A DNA stretch of 64,000 bases, taken from Gemmatimonadales bacterium. Its GTDB lineage: Bacteria > Gemmatimonadota > Gemmatimonadetes > Gemmatimonadales > GWC2-71-9. The notes under the pieces are model-generated. The model was given only the letters and a program-made list of their open reading frames with translations. It searched no databases and was not told the DNA's origin. The stretch spans positions 12,592 to 76,591 of the forward strand of contig DATJJY010000088.1 in the NCBI GenBank assembly GCA_035491895.1. The letters run 5' to 3'. The stretch's first letter is position 1, and the number at the start of each line of letters is the position of its first letter. Positions 35,635 through 44,842 of this stretch are shown piece by piece. A program made the position numbers and the translations under genes.

Positions 35635-37026
35635 TTGGCTAGTCAATTCGACGTGATTGTCCTTGGCGGGGGCCCTGCCGGCTACGAGTGCGCCATTCGA
35701 GCGGCGCAGCTCGGCATGGCCTGCGCCGTGGTGGAGCGCGAGAAGCTCGGCGGGGTGTGCGTCAATATCGGGTGCATCCCCACCAAGGCCCTGCTCCATT
35801 CGGCCTTTATCGCCCACCTGCTGAAGGATTCGGCGGACTTCGGTGTGGCGGCCGGCACGGTGAAAACCGACTACGGCGTCGCGATGAAACGCAGTCGCAA
35901 GGTCGCCGACCAGAACTCGCGGGGCGTCGAGTTCCTGATGAAGAAGAACAAGATCACCGTCATCAAGGGTACGGGCGTCCTGCAGCCGGGCCGCAAGGTC
36001 CAGGTAGGCAGCGACATCCTCGAAGCCAAGAAGGCGGTCGTCATCGCCACCGGATCGCGCGTGAAGGGCATCCCTCAAATCGGGCTCGAGATCAACAAGA
36101 CGACCGTCATCTCTTCCGACGAAGCGCTGCTGCTGGAGAAGCTCCCCGCGTCGGTGGCGGTCATCGGCGCCGGTGCCGTCGGAATGGAGTTCGCCGACAT
36201 TTTCAACGCCTTTGGCGTGCCCGTAACGTTGATCGAAGCCCTCCCCCGCATACTCCCCCTCGAGGATGCCGAGGCGTCGGCGGAGCTCGCCAAGAGCTAC
36301 CGCAAGCGGGGCATCACCGTGATCGCCGGGGCGAAGGTGACCAAGGCCGCTGTCGGCAAGGACAAGGTCGTACTGGACGTCGAAGCGGAGGGCGGGAAGC
36401 AGCAGGTCGAGGCAGCCGCTGTCCTGATGGCGGCAGGCCGGGCGGTCAACACGGAGAACGTAGGACTCAAAGAGTGCGGCATTCAGCTGACCGATCGGGG
36501 CTTCATCAAGGTCGACCAGAACCTCCAGACCACGGCGCCGGGATACTACGCCATCGGCGACGTCGCCGGTCCACCGATGCTGGCGCACAAGGGAAGCCGC
36601 GAGGGGATCATCGTCGCGGAGCGTCTCGCCGGAAAACAGCCGCACGCGCTCCGCTACGACAACGTGCCCAGCGTGACGTACTGTCACCCCGAGGTGGCGA
36701 GCATCGGGCTCTCCGAGGATCAGTGCAAAGAGCAGAAGCTCGAGTATATCGCCGGGAAGTTCCCGTTTTCCGCCAACGGCCGCGCCCGCGGCACCGGGGA
36801 GACGGAGGGATTCGTGAAGGTGCTCCGGGAGAAAAAGTACGGAGAGATCCTCGGTGCCCATATCGTCGGCGCCCACGCGTCGGAGATGATCCACGAGCTG
36901 GCGGTGGCGCGGGAGAACGAGTACACGGTCGAAGAGGTCGAGCTCGCGATCCACGCGCATCCGACGATGTCGGAGGCCGTGGCGGAAGCCTGCCTCGATT
37001 CGCTCGGCCGGGCGATCAATATCTGA
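35635..37026 (+). CDS. lpdA: dihydrolipoyl dehydrogenase (E3)
   Basis: FDVIVLGGGPAGY, redox-active GGVCVNIGCIPTK, and a C-terminal HAHPT.SE. TTG 35635 is preceded by AAGGGGAGG and was preferred over the in-frame ATG 35575 inside the repeat element. Confidence 0.9.
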   Translation: MASQFDVIVLGGGPAGYECAIRAAQLGMACAVVEREKLGGVCVNIGCIPTKALLHSAFIAHLLKDSADFGVAAGTVKTDYGVAMKRSRKVADQNSRGVEFLMKKNKITVIKGTGVLQPGRKVQVGSDILEAKKAVVIATGSRVKGIPQIGLEINKTTVISSDEALLLEKLPASVAVIGAGAVGMEFADIFNAFGVPVTLIEALPRILPLEDAEASAELAKSYRKRGITVIAGAKVTKAAVGKDKVVLDVEAEGGKQQVEAAAVLMAAGRAVNTENVGLKECGIQLTDRGFIKVDQNLQTTAPGYYAIGDVAGPPMLAHKGSREGIIVAERLAGKQPHALRYDNVPSVTYCHPEVASIGLSEDQCKEQKLEYIAGKFPFSANGRARGTGETEGFVKVLREKKYGEILGAHIVGAHASEMIHELAVARENEYTVEEVELAIHAHPTMSEAVAEACLDSLGRAINI

Positions 37027-37097
37027 ACGACGCGGCGAAGGACCCGGTGGCCGTCGGACTGGGAGCGATCGGGACCGGGTCCGGTCTCGGTGGAGCA

Positions 37098-37451
37098 ATG
37101 ATGACGCTGGCGCAGATCGTCGTCAGCCAGCTCCGCAGTCACCTCGAGGTCGTTGCTTACCAGGAGGAGTTCGCAGGTCTCCTTTTCTATGGTACACTGG
37201 CAGCGCTCGGCCTGGCAGCCTTTTTCGGCTGGCGCCGTAGCACTCCCATCGAGAACATCTGGCAGCGTGGCGTGATCGCGGTTTTGGCGGCCGTGGGCGC
37301 CCTCATCATCGGCTTTCTCGCCGCCCTGGCGGATCGACTCTTGGGTCTTACCGGTCTGATCCTGTGGGGCGTCCTGGCCCTGGGGTTCGGCGTCGCCGCG
37401 AGCCGCTGGGCGGTGCGCGGCGCCGGCCCGGCGGCCAGCGGGGTCGCATGA
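37098..37451 (+). CDS. hypothetical membrane protein (~117 aa)
   Basis: Three hydrophobic segments. Its TGA overlaps the lipB ATG (ATGA). The start is uncertain. Confidence 0.4.
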   Translation: MMTLAQIVVSQLRSHLEVVAYQEEFAGLLFYGTLAALGLAAFFGWRRSTPIENIWQRGVIAVLAAVGALIIGFLAALADRLLGLTGLILWGVLALGFGVAASRWAVRGAGPAASGVA

Positions 37452-38122
37452 GCCCGAACCCGCTCGAGGTCATCCTGGCGGGGAGGATGGAGTACCGCGC
37501 GGCGCTCGCCTGGCAGCGCGCGCTGGCACACGACCGCATCGCTGGTCGGCTGGGACACGACGTCCTGTTATTGCTGGAGCACGACCCGGTCGTCACGCTG
37601 GGTCGGACGACACAAGCAGCCCACGTGCTGCAGTCCCAGGGCATCGACGTCGTGGAGGTGGAGCGTGGCGGCGACGTCACCTTCCACGGCCCTGGACAGC
37701 TCGTGGGATATCCGATCCTCGACCTCAACGCCTACCGGCCGGACCTGCACTGGTATCTCCGTACGCTCGAGCAGGCGCTGATCGACGCGCTCGGCGCGCT
37801 CGCGATACCGGCGGAGCGCAACCCCGGGCTGACCGGCGTTTGGACGCGCGGCCGCAAGATCGCCAGCATCGGCATCCACGTGAAGCAGTGGGTCACCTGG
37901 CACGGCTTTGCCCTCAACGTCACGACCGATCTCTCGGCGTTCGACCGCATCGTGCCCTGCGGGATTCCCGGCGTCGTCATGACGTCGGTCGCGCGCGAGC
38001 GCGGGGAGGACACCGCCGGCACGGCGTTGTGGGAGGACACGGTGCGGGCCGTGATGCACGGATTCGAGACGGCGTTCGGCGTCGCGACGCGTCTCGCCGA
38101 GCCCGCCACCCAACCGTCATGA
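37448..38122 (+). CDS. lipB: octanoyltransferase
   Basis: LLLLEHDPVVTLGR, VERGGDVTFHGPGQLVGYPI, RKIASIGIHV and FALNV...F..IVPCGI. Confidence 0.88.
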   Translation: MSPNPLEVILAGRMEYRAALAWQRALAHDRIAGRLGHDVLLLLEHDPVVTLGRTTQAAHVLQSQGIDVVEVERGGDVTFHGPGQLVGYPILDLNAYRPDLHWYLRTLEQALIDALGALAIPAERNPGLTGVWTRGRKIASIGIHVKQWVTWHGFALNVTTDLSAFDRIVPCGIPGVVMTSVARERGEDTAGTALWEDTVRAVMHGFETAFGVATRLAEPATQPS

Positions 38123-38751
38123 GCGCGGGTCCGGCCGCGCGTGAGCGCCTGCCTCCAGGCCAGGTGCTCACGAAGAAATGGCCGGTGCTTCACTACGGGC
38201 TCGTCCCGACGGTCGATCTCGCGACGTGGACCTTCACGGTGGACGGCCTTGTCGAGCGTCCGTTCGTTCTCACCTACGACGAGCTCCTCGCCCTACCCCG
38301 CTCCACCACGCAATGCGACATCCATTGCGTCACGACGTGGAGCCGGTACGACAACAGCTTTGGCGGTGTGGCGGTGCGGCTGCTGCTCGAGCGCGCCGGC
38401 GTGCGCCCAGACGCTCGCTACTGTCTCGTGTCGGCCGAGCAGCAATTCACGACCAACCTGCCGTTAGCCGATCTCGACCGGGCAGAGAATCTCGTAGCGC
38501 TCACGCACGATGGCGAGCCGCTGACTCCCGAGCACGGCTGGCCAGCCCGGCTCCTCGTCCCGCATCTGTATTTCTGGAAGAGCGCGAAGTGGGTGCGGGG
38601 GTTGACGCTGCTGGACGCCGACGTCCCCGGTTTTTGGGAGCAGAACGGCTATCACATGCACGGCGACCCGTGGACGGAAGAGCGCTACGGCGGTCGGGGT
38701 TTGACCCAGCACGACATCAATCGGCTGCGCAATCTCAGCAAGAGGACGTGA
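38119..38751 (+). CDS. sulfite-oxidase-family molybdopterin oxidoreductase (small, no signal peptide seen)
   Basis: W.F.VDGLVERPF.LTYDELLALP, CDIHCVTTWS, EHGWPARLLVPHLYFWKSAKWV.GL and GFWEQNGYH. ATGA overlap with lipB. Confidence 0.7.
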   Translation: MSAGPAARERLPPGQVLTKKWPVLHYGLVPTVDLATWTFTVDGLVERPFVLTYDELLALPRSTTQCDIHCVTTWSRYDNSFGGVAVRLLLERAGVRPDARYCLVSAEQQFTTNLPLADLDRAENLVALTHDGEPLTPEHGWPARLLVPHLYFWKSAKWVRGLTLLDADVPGFWEQNGYHMHGDPWTEERYGGRGLTQHDINRLRNLSKRT

Positions 38752-40537
38752 GCAGCTCCTCGACCTCCCGCGCTGCATCCGCCTGGATGCGGCCTTCCTC
38801 CGCCAACTCGCGGGCGGCCGCCGCAAGGGGCGAATCTGGTAGCGCGGCCTGTAACGCCGCATCCCCCGTTATCCGGCTCAATGTGGCGGTCGTTTCGAGC
38901 AGCCGCTGCACGAGCGCGTCGCGGCCCTGCTCACAGCGCGCCAGCGCCTCAATGCCGTCGGGCAGGTTCGTGAGACGCTCGGTCTGCGCGGCGCCGGCGT
39001 CGAGCTGGCGGTCGAGCGCGGCAAGCTGGCGCGCCACGGCACACGCCGCCACGACGAGGGCGCCCACGAGCGCCGGCCCGACCGGTGACCCCGCGGTGCG
39101 TCTCAGCAAGTCGATCAGGAGCGTGCGCGCGGCACCGCTGGGCAGCTCCGCCAGGGTCCGCACGGCTTCCCGCTCGGCGTCGAGCGGCAGGACATGCCGG
39201 CCCGCGGGGCGGGGATTCCACACCGGCGTGCGGCGCCCGAGCGTTGCCAGACTCACGAGACTCACCGCCACGAGCGGCGTCGTGGCGAAGAGCAGCGGCG
39301 CGGCCGCGAGAACCCCCACGGCCAATCCCCCGGTCGTGACGGCGCCGGCGAGCAGCAGGATCGGCGTGGGCACGTCGGTGCGAGACAGACGCGCCAGCGA
39401 CTCGGTCCGCGCGGGAATTCCATGATCGGCGAGCAGCTCGACAACTCGTTCGCCCGCGGCACGAGGAACGCGTAACAACGGCCGCTCGCCGCCGAGGAGC
39501 GCCTGGTGCCCCGTAGACGAGACGCTCGGCAGGCGACCTTCGAGCGCGTCCCGTACGGCGCGGCGGGGCGTGCGAGCGGTGGGAGGGTCGACGAATACGA
39601 GCACATCGTCCGCTCCATCGGCCCGTCTGGCACAGCGCGGGCAGACGCCGAGGTCGAACGGCTCGGCGGCGCCGCACATCACGCAGCTGAACCGGGCCGG
39701 TGGGGCCGACAGCTCTTCCCCCGCATCCGGGGTCAGCGCCGCGGCGAAGAGACCGACCGACGGAAATCGATCAGCGGGATCGGCGGCTGTGGCACGCGCC
39801 ACCGCTGCGTCGAGCCACGCCGGGACGTCCGGGCGGCGGCCCCTGGGATGATGCCCGGCGACCGCGCTGACGGCGCTTCGCCCCGCACGCGACGGCAGCG
39901 AGCCCGTGAGGGCATAGAAGAGCGTGACTCCGAGCGAGTAGACCTCGGATCGCGCGTCGGCGCGGGTTCCCGCCAGCACCTCCGGCGCGGCATAATCGAG
40001 CGTGCCGACGAGGCCACCGGTCTGGGTGAGCGTTGCAAGCCCGGCGAGGCGCGCCGATCCGAAATCGGTCAGCCGCGCCCGGCCATCGAGCGCGAGCAGG
40101 ATGTTCTGCGGCTTGACGTCACGATGCAGGATGCCGCGGCGATGGGCGACCGCCAGCGCGTCGGCGATCTCCTGCCCCAGACGCGCCGTCGCGGCGCCGT
40201 CGAGCGGGCCGCTGTCCCGCACCCGCACGGCGAGATCGGGACCGTGCACGTATTCCATGACGACGAAACCCCATGGGCCCTGCTCGGCCACGTCGAATAC
40301 CTGAACGATGTTCGGGTGGCTGATCTGCCGGACGGCCTGCACCTCCCGCCGCAGCCGCTCGCGGGCCAGCCGTGCGGCCGCGGGCGGTGGGACCAGCAGC
40401 TTGATCGCGACGTCGCTGCCGATCCGTCGATCGCGCGCGCGATACACGACCGAATAGCCGCCACGACCGATCTCTCCCAGGATCTCGTATCGGTCTTGGA
40501 GGACGGTGCCGCTCGCGAAGTAGGTGGAGTCGATCAC
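38735..40537 (-). CDS. Ser/Thr protein kinase with zinc-ribbon, two TM segments and a helical C-terminal domain
   Basis: GRGGYSVVYRA, AIK, HRDVKPQNILL and DFG, followed by CVMCG...CPRC and hydrophobic stretches ILLLAGAVTTGGLAVGVLAAAPLLFATTPLVAVSLVSLA. Confidence 0.85.
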   Translation of the reverse strand: MIDSTYFASGTVLQDRYEILGEIGRGGYSVVYRARDRRIGSDVAIKLLVPPPAAARLARERLRREVQAVRQISHPNIVQVFDVAEQGPWGFVVMEYVHGPDLAVRVRDSGPLDGAATARLGQEIADALAVAHRRGILHRDVKPQNILLALDGRARLTDFGSARLAGLATLTQTGGLVGTLDYAAPEVLAGTRADARSEVYSLGVTLFYALTGSLPSRAGRSAVSAVAGHHPRGRRPDVPAWLDAAVARATAADPADRFPSVGLFAAALTPDAGEELSAPPARFSCVMCGAAEPFDLGVCPRCARRADGADDVLVFVDPPTARTPRRAVRDALEGRLPSVSSTGHQALLGGERPLLRVPRAAGERVVELLADHGIPARTESLARLSRTDVPTPILLLAGAVTTGGLAVGVLAAAPLLFATTPLVAVSLVSLATLGRRTPVWNPRPAGRHVLPLDAEREAVRTLAELPSGAARTLLIDLLRRTAGSPVGPALVGALVVAACAVARQLAALDRQLDAGAAQTERLTNLPDGIEALARCEQGRDALVQRLLETTATLSRITGDAALQAALPDSPLAAAARELAEEGRIQADAAREVEELLTSSC

Positions 40538-41112
40538 TCCGGCAGCCGCGCGAGCACGTCTCGCGCGTTGTGCGTCCAGCCGTCGTTCTCGTGGTAATAC
40601 GTAAGGAAGGACGTGAGGTGCTGCCGGGCCAGGCGCGGCTGCCCCAGCGCGTACTCCGACATCCCGGCGTGGTACAGCGCCATGTACTGGTTGGGCCAGT
40701 ACTCGAGCACCAGCTCCATGATCGGTCCCGCTGATCGATCGTCACCGGCATCGGCCACGGGGTGGCCGACATCGAAGACGATGCCCGCCGCCCGGGGGCG
40801 ATCACTCGATGCGAGGCGGTCGATCACCGCCCGCGCGGAATCAATGCGGCCGCCGAGCGCATAACACGCCGCGCTGTAGCCCTGCCCTTCCACCGTCGGG
40901 GGCGCGGGATGGCGCCGCTGGGTGACTTCGGCTTCCACGGCATTACAGTAGGGCTTGATCGCCGCAAACCATTGCGCAGCGGAGCCGTCGAAACCCACCA
41001 CCGCTGGAAGGGGCGGCTGCGGACTCGGCGCCGGGCGCGGCTCGTGGCGGATCGCCACGACGGCGCAAACGAGCAGGTAGCCGATGCCGGCGAGGATCAG
41101 GGGACGGTGCAT
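40534..41112 (-). CDS. hypothetical membrane-anchored protein (TPR-like C-terminus)
   Basis: N-terminal TM LILAGIGYLLVCAVVAI. The stop overlaps the kinase GTG (GTGA). Confidence 0.5.
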   Translation of the reverse strand: MHRPLILAGIGYLLVCAVVAIRHEPRPAPSPQPPLPAVVGFDGSAAQWFAAIKPYCNAVEAEVTQRRHPAPPTVEGQGYSAACYALGGRIDSARAVIDRLASSDRPRAAGIVFDVGHPVADAGDDRSAGPIMELVLEYWPNQYMALYHAGMSEYALGQPRLARQHLTSFLTYYHENDGWTHNARDVLARLPE

Positions 41113-41177
41113 AGCGGCAATATGAGAGACGACCGAGGCCGGCCGATGTGCACCCCGTCACGAAGGAAAGCCGAAAA

Positions 41178-42521
41178 CTACTCTCGGCCGATCCCGTTCC
41201 GCGCCAGGAGCTCGAAGAACCGCTGAAACACCTGAACCCCGTCCCAGAGCTGCTGCAGATCGAGCTTCTCGTCCGGGGCGTGCAGCCGGTCGTCGGGGAG
41301 TCCGATCCCCGTCAGCAGGACCGGCGCGCCCTGCCGGCCCAGCGCGGGGACGACGGGAATCGATCCGCCGGCCCGCGCCGCCACGGTACCGCGACCCACG
41401 ATGTCGTGAAAGGCGCGATCGAGCAGTTGGAACGCCGGGTGATCGATGCGAACCTGGGCGGGATCAGCCCCATGCAGAAAGCGGACGGTGGCGGTCACGT
41501 ACTTGGGGACGAGCCGTTTCACCGCAGCCGCGAGCTGGCGCTCCACCGTCTTCATCTTCTGGTTGGGCACGAGCCGCAGGCTCACTTTCGCGGTCGCTTC
41601 GGCGGGAATCACCGTCTTGGCCCCCACTCCGGTGAAACCACCGGTGATGCCGTGGATCTCGAACGTCGGCAACGCCCAGAGCCGCTCGAACACCGAGCGG
41701 CCCTTGAGCCCGGTGAGCGCCTTCGCCTGCACGCGCCGATTGAGGAACTCCTTCTCCCGGAACGGCAGCCGCTTCCACAGGGCCCGTTCTCTGGCGCTCG
41801 GCGCCTTCACGGCGGCATACAGCCCCGGAATGTTGATCTTCCCGTCGGGACTCTTGAGCCGGGAGAGCAGCCGGCACAGCTCCTCGTGCGCGTTGGGGGC
41901 GGCGCCACCGTACTCGCCGGAGTGGAGATCGTGTTTCGCCGTGCGCACGGTGATCTCGGCGTAGCACATGCCGCGCAGCGTGGTGTACACCGCGGGCCAC
42001 CCGGGCGCCACGTACGACATATCGGCGACGAGAGCCACATCGGCGCGCGTGCGCTCCGGCTCTCGACGCAGCAGATCGAACAGTACCTTGCTGCCGTATT
42101 CTTCTTCGCCCTCGATCATGAAGTGCAGGTTGACCGGCGGCGTGCCGGACACCTCCATCGCGCGGAGCAGGCAGAAGACCTGGCCCTTGTCGTCCGCCGC
42201 ACCGCGCGCATAGATGCGGCCATCGCGCACCGACGGCTCGAACGGCGGCGTCGTCCATTCGTTCAGCGGATCGGGCGGCTGCACGTCGTAATGGCCGTAG
42301 ATCAGCAACGTCGGCGCGCCCGGGACCTCGGGGCCGACGCCCCACACGACCGGATGCGTTTCGCTGCCGAGAAACGACACTTCGCGGCAGCCGAGCCGCC
42401 GCAGGTCGCGCGCCACCCATTCCGCCGCGCGCCGGCAGTCGGCGTCGTGGGCGGGGAGCGTGGAGATCGAAGGGATGCGCAGGAATTCGGAGAGTTCGGC
42501 GAGCCAGCGATCGTGATCCAT
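41178..42521 (-). CDS. M20-family dipeptidase
   Basis: LLIYGHYDVQP, GRIYARGAADDKGQ and FMIEGEEEYGS. Confidence 0.85.
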   Translation of the reverse strand: MDHDRWLAELSEFLRIPSISTLPAHDADCRRAAEWVARDLRRLGCREVSFLGSETHPVVWGVGPEVPGAPTLLIYGHYDVQPPDPLNEWTTPPFEPSVRDGRIYARGAADDKGQVFCLLRAMEVSGTPPVNLHFMIEGEEEYGSKVLFDLLRREPERTRADVALVADMSYVAPGWPAVYTTLRGMCYAEITVRTAKHDLHSGEYGGAAPNAHEELCRLLSRLKSPDGKINIPGLYAAVKAPSARERALWKRLPFREKEFLNRRVQAKALTGLKGRSVFERLWALPTFEIHGITGGFTGVGAKTVIPAEATAKVSLRLVPNQKMKTVERQLAAAVKRLVPKYVTATVRFLHGADPAQVRIDHPAFQLLDRAFHDIVGRGTVAARAGGSIPVVPALGRQGAPVLLTGIGLPDDRLHAPDEKLDLQQLWDGVQVFQRFFELLARNGIGRE

Positions 42522-42589
42522 GGCGGGACAATCTAGTAAGGGGAGGGTGCGGCTAGCCAGCGTGTTGCACGAGGGTAGATTAGCGAGTC

Positions 42590-43717
42590 ATGCGCATGAC
42601 GGCATCGTTCGATCTCTTCCCCGATGCGCCGAGCGAGCGCGCCATGGCTCGCGCACGCTGGCTGGTGGGAGAGGGTCGAGCCGCCGACGCCGAAGCCGCC
42701 TACCGCGACCTGCTCACGCTGCACCCCGATTTCAAGCTGTGCTGGGCCGAATACTTCGAGCTGCTGCGCGGGCAGGGCCGCTCGAGCGACGCCCTGCGGG
42801 TCGCGGAAGCCGCCCAGACGCAGTTCCCCGACTCCGCCTTCGCCCTCGCACTCACCGGTGCGGCGCTGATCGAGCTCGATCGCTACCCAGAGGCGATCGC
42901 GGTGCTGGAGCGCGCCGTGGACAGTGATCCGGACCTCGGGCTCGTCTGGCACGAGCTGGGACTCGCCGCCTACCGGCTGGGGGACAAGAACCGCGCCCTG
43001 CTCGCGCTCGACCGGGCGTTCGCGCTCGAGCCGCACACGGAGACGCTGAAGCTGCGGGGTCGTGTGCTGCGGGACGCCGGGCGCTACGCGGCCGCCGAGG
43101 TGGCGTTCGAAGGGGCAGCGCAGGCCGCCGAGCACGACGCGCAGCGGGCACTGGCGGAGCGTGAGATTCACGCGACACGCCGCTACGCTGCCTACGCGCC
43201 GCGCAAGCCGGACGCGCTGGAAGCCGCCGAGCGGTGGTTCGCCGAGACCGGCGCCGCGGTGCTCGCCCCGCTCCCGGGGCCCGTGCCGCCCAGCGACGAA
43301 GCGCTGGTCCGCGCGTTCGGCGAGCTGGCGACCGACGCGGGATGGCGCTTTGGCCAGCTGGTGGTAGTGGGCCCGACGCTGCCGATCTGGAATGCCCTGG
43401 CCACGCTGGTGAACGCGCCGCTCGTGACCCGCGCCGAGCTCGATCCGGCGCGCGCTCCATTGGTCGCCGCGCTCCGGCCGCTGCCTCCGGACACCGGCTG
43501 GGAGGACACCGTGCAGGCCGCCGGCCGGGAGCAAACCGGTCTCGTGTTGACGCTGGAGCACCCGGACGAGACCGACTACGGGCTCGTGGTGGCCGACGTC
43601 GTCGGCGTGCTGACGCATGGCGGCGCGCGCGCCAACGCGATCCCGGCCGCGGGCCGTACACTCGCCGACGTCGCACATCCCGCCTCCCGCCTCGCGGGAC
43701 GCCGTCTGGTCGCTTAG
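42590..43717 (+). CDS. TPR-repeat protein with uncharacterised C-terminal domain
   Basis: The N-terminal ~190 aa show TPR-like periodicity (A..Y..LL...P.....W.......G). The C-terminus has no recognised motif. Confidence 0.55.
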   Translation: MRMTASFDLFPDAPSERAMARARWLVGEGRAADAEAAYRDLLTLHPDFKLCWAEYFELLRGQGRSSDALRVAEAAQTQFPDSAFALALTGAALIELDRYPEAIAVLERAVDSDPDLGLVWHELGLAAYRLGDKNRALLALDRAFALEPHTETLKLRGRVLRDAGRYAAAEVAFEGAAQAAEHDAQRALAEREIHATRRYAAYAPRKPDALEAAERWFAETGAAVLAPLPGPVPPSDEALVRAFGELATDAGWRFGQLVVVGPTLPIWNALATLVNAPLVTRAELDPARAPLVAALRPLPPDTGWEDTVQAAGREQTGLVLTLEHPDETDYGLVVADVVGVLTHGGARANAIPAAGRTLADVAHPASRLAGRRLVA

Positions 43718-43723
43718 TTCAGG

Positions 43724-44842
43724 TCACTCCGGTCCCATGCCGGCGCGCGAATACAGGGCCTGGTAGGGATCGCCGTTGCTCTGCGTGAAGACGCGCAGCT
43801 GAATCGCCCGCACCGTTTCCGACACGCTCGCGCCGTTGGCCGCGTAGATCTCGTCGAACAGATTGAGGTTTTGCCGGTAGATGCGCTGCGCGATAACCAC
43901 CGCGTTGTTGAGCGGTGCGGTGGCGAACCAGCGCCAGTCGTATGTATCGAGATTCTGCCCCACGGGACCGGTGAGCTGCGTGCGAGCCCACGCGAACATC
44001 GAAGACCGTGCCGCCTCCACGGTCTGGGGCGTGGTCGCTCCCGCGTAGGCCGAGTCCAGGCGGCGTCCCAGCTCCGCCCAGAAGACGTCGAGGGAGCGCT
44101 CGTCCCCCCAGCGGGCCGCTGCGCGGCGGGCGTCCGCCGTATCACCCCGCGACCGGAAGAACGCCTGCGCTCCGCGATATCCCACGAAGCTGGCAAAGCT
44201 CTCGTTGAACTGGGTGTGGCTCTTCACGTACAGCGTATTGTGCGCCAATTCGTGAATCACCGTCGCGACGAGCTCCATCGTGTCGCGGTCCAGCGCCGTC
44301 GAATACAGCGGGTCGGAGAAGTACCCGAGCGTCGAGAACGCCCCTGCCGGCCGCAGGTACACGTCGAATCCCTGGCGCTCGAGATCGGCCGCCGCGGCGC
44401 GGGCGGCGGACGCGCTGAAGAATCCCTTGTACGGCACCACCCCGACGATCGGATATGTCCAGGTGTAGGGCCGCAGGCGGTCGCGCCAGGCCCCCGAGAG
44501 CACGAGCAGCAGGGTATCGCGCCCCACGTCCACGTACGTCGTGTACGTCTCCGCCACGACGAGGTGCAGCGAGTCGGCGGCGAAGGCCCGCGCGGCGAGC
44601 ACGAGCTGCAGTCGTTGCCGCAGATCGGCCGGCGTGGACGAGTCCGCCACCAGCGTGGCGATAGAGCGCCGCTTGAGGAGAATGCGGGCCTCTTCGAGGC
44701 CCGCACGCGCCAGGTAGCGCACGTCGGCGGAGACGATGAGCCCGACGATCAGGGCGCCGGGAAGGCAGACGGCGACCCAGGCCAGCAGGCGCAGCACGAG
44801 GCGCCCCCAACGGGGACGGCGGCGCTCGATCAGGGCGCCCAA
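43724..44842 (-). CDS. predicted aminopeptidase (DUF2265-type zinc peptidase)
   Basis: STLGYFSDPLYST...VIHELAHNTLYVKSHTQFNESFASFVG. The TTG 44842 start is inferred (CTG 44833 is the alternative). The table ORF extending to 45277 overlaps the upstream gene out of frame. Confidence 0.65.
   Translation of the reverse strand: MGALIERRRPRWGRLVLRLLAWVAVCLPGALIVGLIVSADVRYLARAGLEEARILLKRRSIATLVADSSTPADLRQRLQLVLAARAFAADSLHLVVAETYTTYVDVGRDTLLLVLSGAWRDRLRPYTWTYPIVGVVPYKGFFSASAARAAAADLERQGFDVYLRPAGAFSTLGYFSDPLYSTALDRDTMELVATVIHELAHNTLYVKSHTQFNESFASFVGYRGAQAFFRSRGDTADARRAAARWGDERSLDVFWAELGRRLDSAYAGATTPQTVEAARSSMFAWARTQLTGPVGQNLDTYDWRWFATAPLNNAVVIAQRIYRQNLNLFDEIYAANGASVSETVRAIQLRVFTQSNGDPYQALYSRAGMGPE

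Noticed and set aside
32296-37026. E1alpha/E1beta/E2/E3 cluster considered as an acetoin or branched-chain 2-oxoacid dehydrogenase instead of PDH.
   Set aside because: The E1-alpha N-terminal region (GGFCHLYIGQEAV..) matches the PdhA type best as I recognise it. Substrate specificity cannot be proven from sequence by eye, so the PDH call was kept at below-maximum confidence.
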